Source of the DNA: Paramecium tetraurelia
Lineage: Eukaryota
Assembly (NCBI GenBank): GCA_000165425.1
Contig: CT868152.1
Coordinates: forward strand, 372,001 to 436,000
Direction: 5' to 3'
Length of the DNA: 64,000 bases
This document shows, piece after piece, positions 27,053-40,176 of this stretch (the first letter of the stretch is position 1; every line of letters starts with the position of its first letter). Under the pieces are notes generated by a model. The model was not told the origin of the DNA. It did no database searches and saw nothing but the letters and a program-made list of their open reading frames with translations. A program made the translations under genes and the position numbers.

Positions 27053-28141
27053 ATGGCAAATGAGACTTTTCGAATTACTCCTACTGGTACTTGCAGGATT
27101 CCATTTAGTTTTATGGGGAGCTAGCAATAAGAAATAAATTTAGAGTATATTATTGTAGTAATATATTAGAGTTATAAAAGAGAAACCAACAAGGGAACAA
27201 ACTCAAAGAGATTTTGTAGGTTAGACCTTGTCTCCCAATGCCTCTACAATAAAGAGAAGTTATAATAATGAAACAGATATCGAATTATAAAATAACCCAT
27301 TTTATATGACTCCTGTGGATTATGACTGTTCTAATTGGATCTATAAGACTCCACAATAATCGAATAAATAGGTTCCCAAGTGTAATCCACGAATTCAATA
27401 AAAAAATAGAACAAACTTACAAAGATAATAGGATTCATTGCATGAACAAAGTACATCAGTCAAAAAAATAACTACTTAAGAGTTTTCAGAAGTACAGGTA
27501 AAAGTGTTTGAGGAGAAGCAATGCAAATTTTGCAATGAATAAGATTGGTCTGTGCATTTGATCAGACCATGTTTATGTAAGGGAGGGTAGTAGTATGCTC
27601 ATCAAAAATGTGTGTAGAATGAAATTGAAGCTAATTATATGGATTTCAACAGGAGATAATTTATCAAAAGATTGCAGTGTGATTTCTGTAGATTCTAATA
27701 TGTAATTAAAACATACAAAGAATACAGTGTAATGAAATCCTTAAAAGACCCATTGAAATTCAATAAACTATTTTGGTTAATGTCATCAGGTGTTATTTTG
27801 GCTAGTTTAATTGTGGCGACAATAATACTAATTTCATTAAATGTTGGATCAATGAGACAATAGATTGAATCACTCATTCTCACAATAGTGGGATGTTTGA
27901 CTTGTGTATTATTGGTCATAATTTTGATATTCAACATTTTCGAACTGATTGTCATAGTAATAATTTGAATCTAATTTAGTTCGAATGGAAAGTAATGGAT
28001 AAGGATCATCAAAATATCGAAGATCATGGATTAAGAATGAGCTAAGATGAACTTAATTTAATGTTGGAATTGGCAAGATAAAAGTTGGATAAACAAATAT
28101 CTTAAGTCTATCCACAATAACAAAGCTAAATTCCTTATTGA
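27053..28141 (+). CDS. RING-CH (MARCH-type) E3 ligase with two TM helices
   Basis: CKFCNEQDWSVHLIRPCLCKGGQQYAHQKCV...LQCDFC followed by two hydrophobic segments. Confidence 0.85.
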
Positions 28142-28191
28142 GTAATCTATTTATTCACAATTTTGACCTTAACTATATATTATATTAAATA

Positions 28192-29208
28192 TCAGTAATT
28201 GCACACACATACATATATTGCTCAAGCCTGAAAGTAAGGATGTTACAAAGCCTCCTTTGCCGTTATTCTTCTCCTAGGATTGATCTGAAGCATTTTCAAA
28301 AGGAGATCAATCGCAAGTTCATTATTAGGAATATGGGAGAACTTGTTCAACCAAAACTTCATATCCTTCTACTCGTATCCCTTGAATCTCTTTTGTATCT
28401 CTTAATTATAAGACTAATGTTGGAATAGATATATCATCTCAATATCTTTTAGACTTCCCAAGGTTTAAAAGATACAATAGAGCTAATCTCCTTCATTCTT
28501 TCCTTCGAACAACACTTTTAAGTCCATCATCTCTGAAAAAATGCACCCAGCAGCTAAAATTAACAACATTACATTACCCCAGATGTCAATTTCAGCTCCA
28601 TAATTGGTGTGGGATAGGATAAGTTCGGGAGCCCTGTAGTATTGGGATACCACATAGGAAGTATTCATTCCACGTTGATCAATGACCTTTGCACTCCCAA
28701 AATCACATAGGACCAAATTGCCATCCTTGTCAACTAGAATATTTTCACTTAAATAAATTATTAAAATTACGGTTTAAGATCTCTATGAACTACATCTTTA
28801 GCTGATAAACTACACAATCCTATTATGATTTATCTCATTAGACTTTTGATTTGATTTGGTTGTAAGAACTATCTGTTCCTTATTGCCTAAGCCAAAATAT
28901 TTTCCAAGGAGAAATCCTTATATTCAAAGATGATATTTTGAACATTTATTCCTTCGTCGGTTTAAGACAAATATATGTCCTGTATATAATAGAGATCATA
29001 CTTCTATTTGAATGATGTTTGGAGACCCTTTGAGTAAGAGTAGTATTTCATATTCTCGACTTAATTGTTTAGAAATTTTTTAGATTCTCTTGATAGCAAC
29101 TTTTTTGTCATTGGTTCTATCATATGCTTCAAACACATATCCGAAAGTTCCATGTCCTATTATCCTTTAGAACTGATAGTTGGGCAAGAAAGAATATTAA
29201 ATGTTCAT
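28192..29208 (-). CDS. GSK3-like CMGC protein kinase
   Basis: IGHGTFGYV, VAIK, HRDLKPEN, CDFGSAK and NTSYVVSQYYRAPELIL motifs. Confidence 0.9.
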
Positions 29209-29219
29209 TAATTATTATA

Positions 29220-30068
29220 CTTCAAATTTATAAGACTGACTTCATTTTAAATATTTATGCAACTCACACTCCAGTTTAATTTTTTAGCTAAATCATTTTG
29301 AATTCTCATAAATATCTTTCTTTCGGTCAAATTATCATTGTCCAAACCCTCTAAAATTGGTTTCATTTCAATTTGCTATTGGCCTACCTATTTTTGCAGT
29401 TCTTCAACACTTTTCATAAATATAGTTAGAAGTGCTTATTTTCTTTTAATTCTTATGCTTTATAACTAAAAATAAGTAATTAAGTAATTATACTTATCCT
29501 AAATTAGATGATGCATTCAGAAGTCCTCTTTGATAAGTGCCAATTTCTAAATTCGTTAACCAAACTCATATAAAATTTATTTTCTTATTTTTGAATATCT
29601 CTAATCTATCCCTAAAACAAGTTAACTCAAATAGTAAAATAATAGTTCTTTTTAGTGTTTAGTAACTTCTTCTTCTTGGCCAATTTTAAAATTTTTTCAT
29701 ATTGGTTCTAACTAATCGATTTCAGTTTAAGTTCTTCTTAATAATGAATGATATCTTTATATTTAAGTAAATGAATAGAATTTAAATGATATGATTGCTT
29801 TTGCTTTTGAGAAATATTATTATTAAGATATAATATTATAAGTTGAATTTTCCTGTAAAAATCAATTTTACTTAATATGGCAATCTCAATTATGGTTTTA
29901 TAATGGGAATATGAACTAAAATAAGTGTTAGAGTGATTAAAGTAAATTTCATTGATTATTAGAGAATTTAATTTGATCTTCTTTGTCAAAGTATTTTCAA
30001 TAGTTTCAAATATTGAGGCCTAGAACAAATAATCTGAAATCAAATCTAGTCAATTTGAGTATATTCAT
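29220..30068 (-). pseudogene. Possible degraded coiled-coil gene
   Basis: Long coding-like stretches such as ELQKQVGQQQIEMKPILEGLDNDNLTERKIFMRIQNDLAKKLNW, but the ATG-30068 frame stops after 20 codons and the pieces do not join cleanly. Confidence 0.35.
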
Positions 30069-30161
30069 TTTGATGCTAAATATTTTTGGTGATTTTAATT
30101 CTAGGAATCGGAACTCTAAATCAAGTAATATAAAATTTTATTATTGCATAAAAAAATTAAT

Positions 30162-32255
30162 ATGGGAAATATTTTAAGAAATTAAAAAGAAATATCAAGA
30201 AATTTGGATAAAAGTAATTCATTTTATTTTATGTATTTAAGTTGCTTAAGGTTAAGTTTAGGATACACCTAATATTTTGATTAAGGAATCCAAATAAGGG
30301 AATGTTGATGTCATAAAACTCAATTTGCAGATAATTAATGCGGAAATAGTCTATGATTCTGTTGATAAAATTCAGTTGGATCTAACTTTCAGCAGCCATA
30401 TAAATTTCTAAATGATAGTTCATACATTTGTTACTGAAACCAAAGGAGGGAAACAGCAAAGGTTTAAATTTAAAATTCAAAGTTTGTAGATATGAAAAAA
30501 GCATGCCATCAAGTACATCGCAATAATTTAAATGTCCATCAGGATTGAACTACTAATTTCCTACTAAATACATAGAGTTCATGATTATTGATCTTCTAAG
30601 ATTTTAGAAAATGAGAATAATTCCAGACGCATAATATCACACTCTAATAATCGAAATGGTAAGTTTATATATCTATGAACATAAAGAGAGCTCTAAATTC
30701 AAAAAGCTTCCAGATAATTTACTTTTATCGTATAGATTGCAACGAATAAACCTATTAATGTGAATTGACTAATACAAAATAAATTCTGATACAAAAGGGC
30801 CGCTTTTTTGAAATAAATGAACTCTATGGTGTATAAAATACTCTATTCAATCCTGAATGGAACCCTAACACAATAGAAGACAAAGAATGTGTAATTTGTT
30901 TTTATAATATGATTAATACTGTACTCTTGCCTTGCAAACATATGTGCACTTGCTCTGTCTGCGCTGATCATATCATTATGAGTTAGAAAATTAAGCAATG
31001 TCCTCTTTGCAGAATCGACATCAATAATTACTTGGCTTTAGAAATTAAGGATAAGTAGAGACAGGACGTATAGTTACAAAAATACAAAGAGGAATAGCAA
31101 AAGTACTTAGAATCCATTAAAGATAAGAAGGAATAATAAGCAATAAAGCAAGGTTCAATTATGGAATAATTAAAATCTAAGCTAAAAGAAGAATAGATGA
31201 AATAACAACAATTAAAGATTAAGAATATGAAATATTTCAATGATCTTGATGATTTTAATTAGGATAATGAATAAAATGAAAACATCTATGGCAATTAGAG
31301 TTTTTGTTCATATGATGAAAACTAAAATGACCCAGATCACAATTAATTCAACAATTCAGTTAAAGATAACAGACAACTGAAATTCGAAGATGACAATAAC
31401 TTAAGAATATCTAATCAATTCGATGACGACAAGCAAAAGAGTACTGCTAATCAAAGAAGTCCTTGTGATAGAGATTTCTTAAGTAGCTATTAATAATAAT
31501 AGGAAATGAAAGATTCCAGATAAAACCCTCTCATAAACTAAAGTATCTCAGTTGAAAATGACATATCCTAAGATTAAGTTCACTCCCCCCAATAGCATTA
31601 AGTTTCATTGGAAGTCACAAACAAAGATGATGAATAAAATCTAAATCTATCTTCTTAATAACAACTCGCATAATAAAATGGGATTAAATTACAAGTAATT
31701 TAGGAAACAGCAAAAGAGTGTTAAGACATTATTATAGAATTTCAATAACATTAGGAGTGTTAACAATAAACTAATACTTAATTGATTGATTTTTTTGATG
31801 AAATTTCAGAATAAAATGAGGAATCTAAGCAATAAAATAGAATTAAATCTCTTTCTTAATTTGAATTGCACTAATAACCTTAATAGTTTCAATAATAATA
31901 ATAACAATAAAAACCAACAAACTTGAAAACACCTCAATAATATAATTATGGCTTAATATAAAATGATTTATAAGATGATATGAATTAATTCGGAGATAAG
32001 AATTTCCCTTAGTTTAACGATTTTAAATTAAAAACAAACTAATCTCAGATATCCAATGAGCAAAATCAAGATTTTTATAAATCAGTCAGATCAGCAGAGT
32101 ATATGTAAGATAATGAGTAAAGACTCGATCAAGAACATGGTATTCAGAAGCAAGCTTCGTTAATTGATTTGGAAGATAAACAAGAAGAATAGAAAGATCC
32201 TTCTGATTCGAAAGAATGTAGGAGTGAATAAATTTCATTGATAGCTTTTGATTGA
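30162..32255 (+). CDS. RING E3 ligase, MGRN1/LOG2 family, with long Q-rich tail
   Basis: MGN start; FFEINELYGV...KECVICFYNMINTVLLPCKHMCTCSVCADHI...CPLCR. Confidence 0.87.
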
Positions 32256-32286
32256 TGATGATAATTTTATGATTTTAATGACAAAC

Positions 32287-35200
32287 TCATATTTCAACAG
32301 GTTCTTATTGTTATGGTTCTTCGTCATCATCATAAATTTCAAGGAAACCTTCTTATCTTTAAGGAATAACTTTCTTTCCTTATTATGGGAAGCAGAAGCA
32401 TTAGGTTGTTGGTAAAACAAATTATTTGTCTTACATTAATTACTTTCTTTTCTCTAATTCTTCAACAACGTTGTCAATATTGGTCAATGAAACATTTTCA
32501 TATTAATCTCCAGCTAAACAGATTGGACTATTAAAATAAAAGAATCAATTACTCTTTCATTGGTGTGCAATCTTCAACTGGTTTAGGTGTTGGTTAATAA
32601 GTAATGTCACATGCGAAAAGATTCAATCCTTAAATGAACCCTTAGAAAGCATCTGTCAATTGATCTTTTCCATAGTAAAGAATAAGTGATGGAGCAACAT
32701 AATGATTGACATTCTTGAATGACAAAGCTCCCTTTCCTTATGAGTGTTCAACAATGACATCAGCTTATCTACTCTTTCTTGAATAAGCAAAGTAAATATG
32801 GAACCAATCTTTGACAAAGGTCTTTCCTTCAACAATCTATCTAACTTCTGGGTTTCCAGATCTAATATTTCATATATATATATTAATTACCCTAATTAAT
32901 CAGTGTAGGTATATGTGTAGAAGTTAAGAGTTTAATCTCTGGTATCGAAGTAACAACTGAGGGTATCAAAGTTAAGTGCATCTTCCCCAGCTAAAGTTGA
33001 TGTCAATCTGAATAACAATTAATCTTTTCCAGATGTCTTACCATTCCATTTGAACCATCCTTGAACAGAGTATTATTCAGTTGTTCCAAATCTGTCACCA
33101 GAATTAACTGGATTGCCATTGAATTATGAAGCCTTGGCTGAAACTGCTCTGATCAAACCCTTGCTTGAACAATCCTTTTATGGTTATGGATTGCAACTTA
33201 AACAGAATGGATTGTATTCTTCTAATGTATCAAAGAATGATCCTGATCCTAATCTTAAGACTGGTCTATGGAATTAACCATTGAATGAATAGTATCTATT
33301 TTATGGATCCTTTCCACCAACTTAGAATAACAATTATTCCATTCTTGGATGTGTAACTTTGGCTTCTAAGGTGATTGGAGCTTAATTTTCAATTTAATAG
33401 AATGCAATAGCCTTATATCTAGTGTAACTGAAATAGGTGTAAATCCAAACTCCTTCAATATCTCCAAATGGTTAAGCTAATTCAACTAATTTCTTAGCCT
33501 TATTATTAGCTGTGATGTAGAAGAAACCAACTTTTCCTTAGAAAATAGTTAATAAACCATCTCTAATATCTTTTGGTGTTTCTTTCTTGTTTGTAAGTCT
33601 GGCAATCAATGACCAATCTGGTCTTGCACCTTCATATTATCCACCTGCCAAACCAGTGTATCTGAACCAGAATCCATAACCATATTGAGTAGTGTCTTTC
33701 AAATCATCTTTGTGTAATTCGACATGAACAACTGGACCTTTATCATATTTAGCATTGATGATTCTGTTTGGTCCTTCAACACATCTCTTTCTTAGTGGGG
33801 TGGTGGTGTTGGTACTGGTCTCAAAGCTGGCTTAACATTTGTTAAGTATGATCCTTTACAGAAGAATACTTCAAGGTAGGCCATGAATCCACTGTATACT
33901 GGGAATTGTCTTTCTCTTCCAAAGTAGAAATAATGCTTTGGTGACACAAAGTGATTGACATTGACGAAACTCAAAGATTTGGCATGAACATGTTTGAATA
34001 AGACTTAAGCATATGCCTTTCTTTAATCTCTGCTGTATCCAAAGTAAACAAAATGCCAGTGTAAATGTTGATCTTAATGTTGGACATATTGATGAGCATT
34101 GGGATTACCAGATCCTTTCATATTAGCATATGAATATGTTGAGAAATGGATTTATCCTCCCTTTGGTTTACCTAACCAAGCAGACAAGACTCTTTCACCT
34201 AATAAGATTTATTGTTTTCTTATAGGTGTATTTGATAATCTGAACATGGTGTGCCAGTTCTCTTACAAATCAGTTTCTTCCCATTTGAACCAACCTTAAA
34301 CTGCATATTCATCTGGTAACAATAAATCAATAAATTCTTAGGTAGGTGGTGCATTGTTATCTTCAATATCAACATATTTGGAATCTCTTACAAATTAATA
34401 TGGAATCAATTTTTATGGTGCAACATATGGTTGAGGATTGCATGATATAGCATATTACAAGAATTCTTATTCATTAATCAAATATGTTCCAAATCCAATT
34501 GCTAAGACTGGTCTGCTGACTTGACCATTGAATCCTGGGAAATTGAAATATTGACCTCCCAAAACAAATCTCAAATATTAAGGAGTTCCTTATGATGCTG
34601 GTAATGTCACTTATTTAACTAATTGACTGTTTGATTGTTTATAGAAACCGATAGCTTATTATTCAAAGGCTGAGTAACTGTAATAAACATATGTCCAAAC
34701 GGCTTCAATATCTCCAAAAACTATGGCAGCAGTGGCTTCTTTTCTTTCTGGTTTGTCATGCTAAGCACTGAAGATGTATTATTCTTAAGTTTAGAATATG
34801 GTCAACAATCTATCACCAATCTTATCATCTCCATCCTATTAATTCTTTGTCAATTTAGCCACAAAGTAAGATTAGTCAGTCAAACCAGTTTACAATTATT
34901 CTGGGTACAATGTTAAGAATCTCATCCAAAAACCAAAACCATATTCATTGACATCCTTCAATTTCTTGACTTCAGTTTCAACAGTAGGTTAATCAGCAGA
35001 GATTGAACTTGTCAATATGATGTCTGATCCAACAACACATTTTGGTTATCTTTATTATGGGTAAGGAATGTCACAGCCGACCTCTTCAGGGACTGGATGA
35101 TCGTTTTATCTGTAATTTCCAGGGACGACTCTTTATTTTGACACCTTTCTCTATTAGTATCTGTCTCCACATTTATCCTTTATAACAATGACTCTCTCCT

Positions 35201-35864
35201 TCTATTCCTTAATTCTCTATTGGGGTTGTGGTTAAGGCTATTATTATTATCTTGGTTGTGGTTATGTTGTTTGTTAGTATTGATTTTAGACTCTTGAGAT
35301 TTGTTTTAATAAGTATTCAATTAAACCGTATAACATTGCCAATTGGGATCTCTTCTACTCGAATGATCCTAGATTGATATTAAACTGTAAGCATACTTGA
35401 TTCAATCACTCTTCTGATTTGATCAGAGATTTGTCTGCTTTAGTCAAATAAAAACTTTCTTTATGGACCGTTATATTGATTTTGGATTGTTTACAATTGT
35501 TCATCTAATGTCTCCAATTATTCATCATAAGAGGCATCCTCCATCAAATCGTTTGGGTTGGCTAAAGGATATTTATGGTAATTACCTGATATCATTTCAT
35601 TAGTGAAATCTGAGAGTTCTTGGAGTTGTTTCATTTCTGAATCTAATTAGCCATCTTGCAATAATTCAATGATCTCTCCCCATGATTCGAAATCTTATAG
35701 CATTTATACAAAATCTGTATTTTCGCAATCTAATTCATTTTGCTAATCCAGAAGTGTAGTTAGGTCGTAATGCAATGCCTACACAAAGCAAACTAAATAG
35801 TTTTTAAAGAAATGTTACCTTGCAGTAGAATAACACCTATCAAAACCAGATGTTTCGTTCTCAT
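32287..35864 (-). CDS. Large secreted protein with four ConA/LamG-like beta-sandwich repeats (A-B-A-B)
   Basis: Signal peptide MRTKHLVLIGVILLQVCFVQA, then an acidic helical region. Repeats start EYGFGFWMRF, EYAVQGWFKW, QYGYGFWFRY and QYSVQGWFKW at ~610-640 nt spacing. Confidence 0.85.
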
Positions 35865-35999
35865 TCTATCCGTTTTGAAAAAAAAATAATAAATAATTAT
35901 AAAACATCATTAATTATTTCATTATAAAGTTGGTGAATCCATTCTTGTCTGATTTATGCAATATTAGTTACAGTCTCCTCTCCTCACTATTCTTATCAT

Positions 36000-36368
36000 A
36001 TGATGCATCCCGATAGACTTATCTACCATCAAATGATAGTATGCTACATGAATCTGCTTAGAACAACATCTCACAAATTTCCTTAAAATTTTAGAGGCCA
36101 AGTTTTGTATTTTAATGTAGTTTAGCTTTAACTATCCACGTAATCAAACAATGAAGAATTGGAAATGAGTAACTCTCTAATAACACAAGTTGATTCTCAA
36201 GATAGTGATTGTCAATTCAACAATCTATTTCCAAAATTAAATGAGGATAACTAATGCTAGATATAAAAATAATTAGATAATCAATTTATTGATTAATTCA
36301 AATGTCTTAATTTATAGAATTCGAATTAAAATCATAAAAATTAGAACGCTAACGTAACCAAGATTTGA
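36000..36368 (+). CDS. Small hypothetical protein (~122 aa)
   Basis: Open ciliate-code frame MMHPDRLIYHQMIVCYMNLLRTTSHKFPQ...ANVTKI-TGA. Confidence 0.5.
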
Positions 36369-36425
36369 TATTTATGATCCAATTAATTGCATTTATTAAT
36401 TTCTATGTATTTAATATACTATAAA

Positions 36426-39296
36426 TCAATCAATACTTAATTTACTTATTTACCATCCCAACTTCTTTAGTTCTTCTACATCTTAATGCTCCTCTGATAC
36501 CATACTTCCTTAACTGTAAGGCTAAGATTTAAGATATTTATCAAAAGCATCTCTCACCTGTGAAAGTGAGACTGAGATTACCCTTTCCCTCATTTCATCC
36601 ACTTATTCAAAATTTAATCCAGTAATAATGTAATCTAATCCCTTATTCTAAGGTTCTATTGGTTGATCCAACCTCTAGAAAACCGTTAATTTAGCCTCTT
36701 TCAATTTTTACTCATCTAAATCCAATTGTATGTTGTCAAAGATTTTAAACGTATTTAATAGGTTTGGATCTCTGTAACTCCAAAGACAAAATGTCCCCAT
36801 AATAGATCTCACACTACAACCTGATCCATATGCTCCTCCTTTCTCTCTTATCTCTCTATGCAAATAACTATTTGATATGCAATCTCCCAATACTTATATC
36901 GCAGGAGTGTCTTCATGAGTAAAGTAAGGAATTTTAAAAGCTCTGGATGAGCAATTTACTTGTGATGGGATGAGCGATGCTACGCTACCAAACTTCTCGT
37001 TGAATTATTCAATATATTATGGCTATGGATCCATGTCAAATCCTGGATACTTATGTCTAATTGAATTTATGAACTATTCTAAATTTTAAATATAATTAGA
37101 TGATCCATCCTGATGAATAATCACTTCCAATTTATGCTTATTCATTATTGTGTATAGAATATCAGTCATTTGAAATTCGAAATCATCCACATACATTGAT
37201 TTTCTTTGATTATCAGCCTTCAAATAATGATGAGCATATTAGAGTTGGAATTTTGTGTTAAAATTTGTATCAGTTAAGTAATACTATTCTGAAATTTGAG
37301 AAGTTGCCAATTAAGCTGCATATTGTAATTATTCATCAAAAATTTGATTCTACAATGCCACCTTGTGATTCCTTAATAATGTTGCCAAATGAGATCTATC
37401 TTTAAATTTAACATTGCAACATAATTCAGACAACAATTCAAGTGTTTTTGAAACATTCGAATTTAAACAGGCTATGCTAAACATCAAGTATGTTCCTTTT
37501 TTTTGAACCGAATCATATGATACTTCCAATCCCAAAGTAAATTCACTAAACATCTAACTAATCTAGGAATGGGTGAAATTTGTTGTTCCAAATTTACCAA
37601 ACAATTAAATAAAGAAATCTATGTATTATCTAGTACCTTCAGATATTTCCCCCAAGTTAAACTTGAATTTAAAGAAAGTGAGCCCATTGGTTTTTTATAT
37701 AGTCTCATAAACTTTGACTCCTCTTACAACATCTTCATTAAATTGAACTCTCTCCACCTTGGCTGATATGTCTTATAGTTCTATAGTTGGAAGTATCGAA
37801 AAATCTGATTCCTCTCTATTGTCTAAGTCCTTATTCAATTTTATTATTTTATCTATTTCCTCCTGTGTAAGAGTTTTTTAGATTTCCTCCAATTGCTTAT
37901 TTTCATTTGATATTAGATTTTACAGATATTTTTTATCTGGCTAACCAAATAATACATATGGATTCATGAAATGATCCTTAATTAATTGTTGCAAGTAACC
38001 TTGAGAGATTTTAGATTTTAAGGTTGCCATATTTTTGTTGAATTCCAAATATTCAATATAGTTTTTTTGATTGATAATTGGATTAATCAAAAATTTCAAC
38101 AATTTCAAACCCATTTCTGAAGTTGGCATTTTGAATTACACTTCAATCTAATGTAATGCGGCATCCACTTTATCCTAAGGAAATTCTTTGGTTAATTATT
38201 CTAATATGTATTTGATCTTTTCTTGAATTTTATCCAAGCTTTTTCGATCATCTTCAACTCCTTAAAAGGAAATGCTGAAAACGTGGTTCTCTCCATATTG
38301 CTCAAGTCCAACATTTCTGCTAAATGATTCCGCAAGTCCCTCTTCAATTAACGAATACAATAATCCATTTTGATTATCAAAAAGTACATGAGATATAATG
38401 CTCAAGGCCAATTATTACACATAATCAGCCTCCTTGATGATTGTTTAAAACGCAAGGAAACATTATTTATCTCCATCTTAATATGGTAATGAAATGATAT
38501 CAGGAGGGGTTAAAGGTTTAATATCCTATTGAGATTATTGTTAATAATTCAACTTTTATACTTGGAGATATTGATTTACTAAATCAAAATTGGGTTGATC
38601 AATTCCATAGGAATAAAATATTGCCTTACTAGGATGAAATGTTTATTTGTAATAATCTAACAGAGCTTTATGAGTAAGACTTGGGATAGCTTTAGGATCT
38701 CCACCAAAGTTATGTTGATAAATTGAGTTGTTTAACAAGTAAGTTTACATCTCTTACCAAAACACACTCTCTGGATTCTGCATAGCTCCTTTCATTTCAT
38801 TATACACAATTCCTTTATATACTAATTTTCCTTTTTCAAAATCGAGTCTTGATCCTTCCTATCTAAAATCCAATTCATTTAACGTAGGCTTGAAAACTAA
38901 ATCCAATATCACATTCTATAGATTTTCAAAATCCTTCTTATTTAATGAAGCAAGTGGAAAGCAAATATAATCGGGGCCTGTCCACGCATTCAAATAGGTA
39001 TTTATGCTACGCTTGATCATAGCCATAAATGGGTCTCTGACTGGATACTTTTCGCTTCCACAACAAATCAAATGTTCCAAAATGTGTGGAGTTCCTTGAC
39101 TGTTTGTGGGTTCGGATCTGAATATTGTCGCAAAGGTCTAATTTTTATCTTAAGCTTCAAAATGAAGTAATTAAGCTGCTGATTAATGTTCATACAACTT
39201 GGCTGTTATCTGAAATTCTGGAATTTCATGCTGTGACTTCAACTTAAAAGATTATTGGTATAGCCTTCTATACTTTAATAATTGATTGCTAAACAT
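36426..39296 (-). CDS. PITRM1: Mitochondrial presequence protease (pitrilysin M16C, PreP/Cym1)
   Basis: GTPHILEHLICCGSEKYPVRDPF (inverted HxxEH), YLNAWTGPDY, GIVYNEMKG and REIREKGGAYG...SYRDPN. Confidence 0.95.
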
Positions 39297-40176
39297 AAAT
39301 AAAATATTAAAAATTATATAAGTAGGCAAAATTCTGAATCACTTCAAATTACTATTATCTATATTTGTTAACAATATTCAGCATAAATCAGTTTTAGCTA
39401 TTCTATTTTGCATAGTTGTAATAACAGTTTATAAATGTAATTCTAGTTAATGCAGATGGACAAAAGTACATTTTGAAAACGTTCCTATTATTTTAATTAG
39501 TTACTGGTTGAAGTAGGTTATTCTTCAAACTCATACTCAACTAATTCTATACTTCTTTATTTATTGGAGTACTAAATATAATTAATGTCCCTTTGGTTGC
39601 GAATTTTTATTGAATTTTAATAGAAAATATTGACTTTAAGCATAAGACAATTATAAAGGTGATTATAACTATTTTAATATATATTTAAGATATATCCATG
39701 TATTTAATTATTTATATCCAAGTTATTGAAGTCTAATAGAGGTTAAACTTAAATTTAAAAATTAGGTAATAGAAGACTTATGAATAATATAATTTTAATT
39801 TTATATTAATAAATTAATGTAAGTGTTACAAATTATTAGAACTATTTTTCATATTGTAAAATACGATAAGGGTTCTCAAAAACTTCAAATATGTATGTAT
39901 TAAGGTATTTTTCCACCCTTATCATACTTATCTTCTTAATACTAAATATCAAATTTACTTTGATCTTCTAATTTGACTCTTGATTATCATTAAATATTAA
40001 ATTTATAATCCATTAAAATTTAATGCTTTGATTATTTTCTTATAACTTTGTTCTGTTATGTTTAAAGGTTGCTTAATATTAATTACAAAATTTAAAGTAT
40101 GTAATTGAAAGTGAGTTTAAGAGGATAAAATAAACATTGAGGTGATGTATTAATTATTTGATAAAAATAAAATTTT

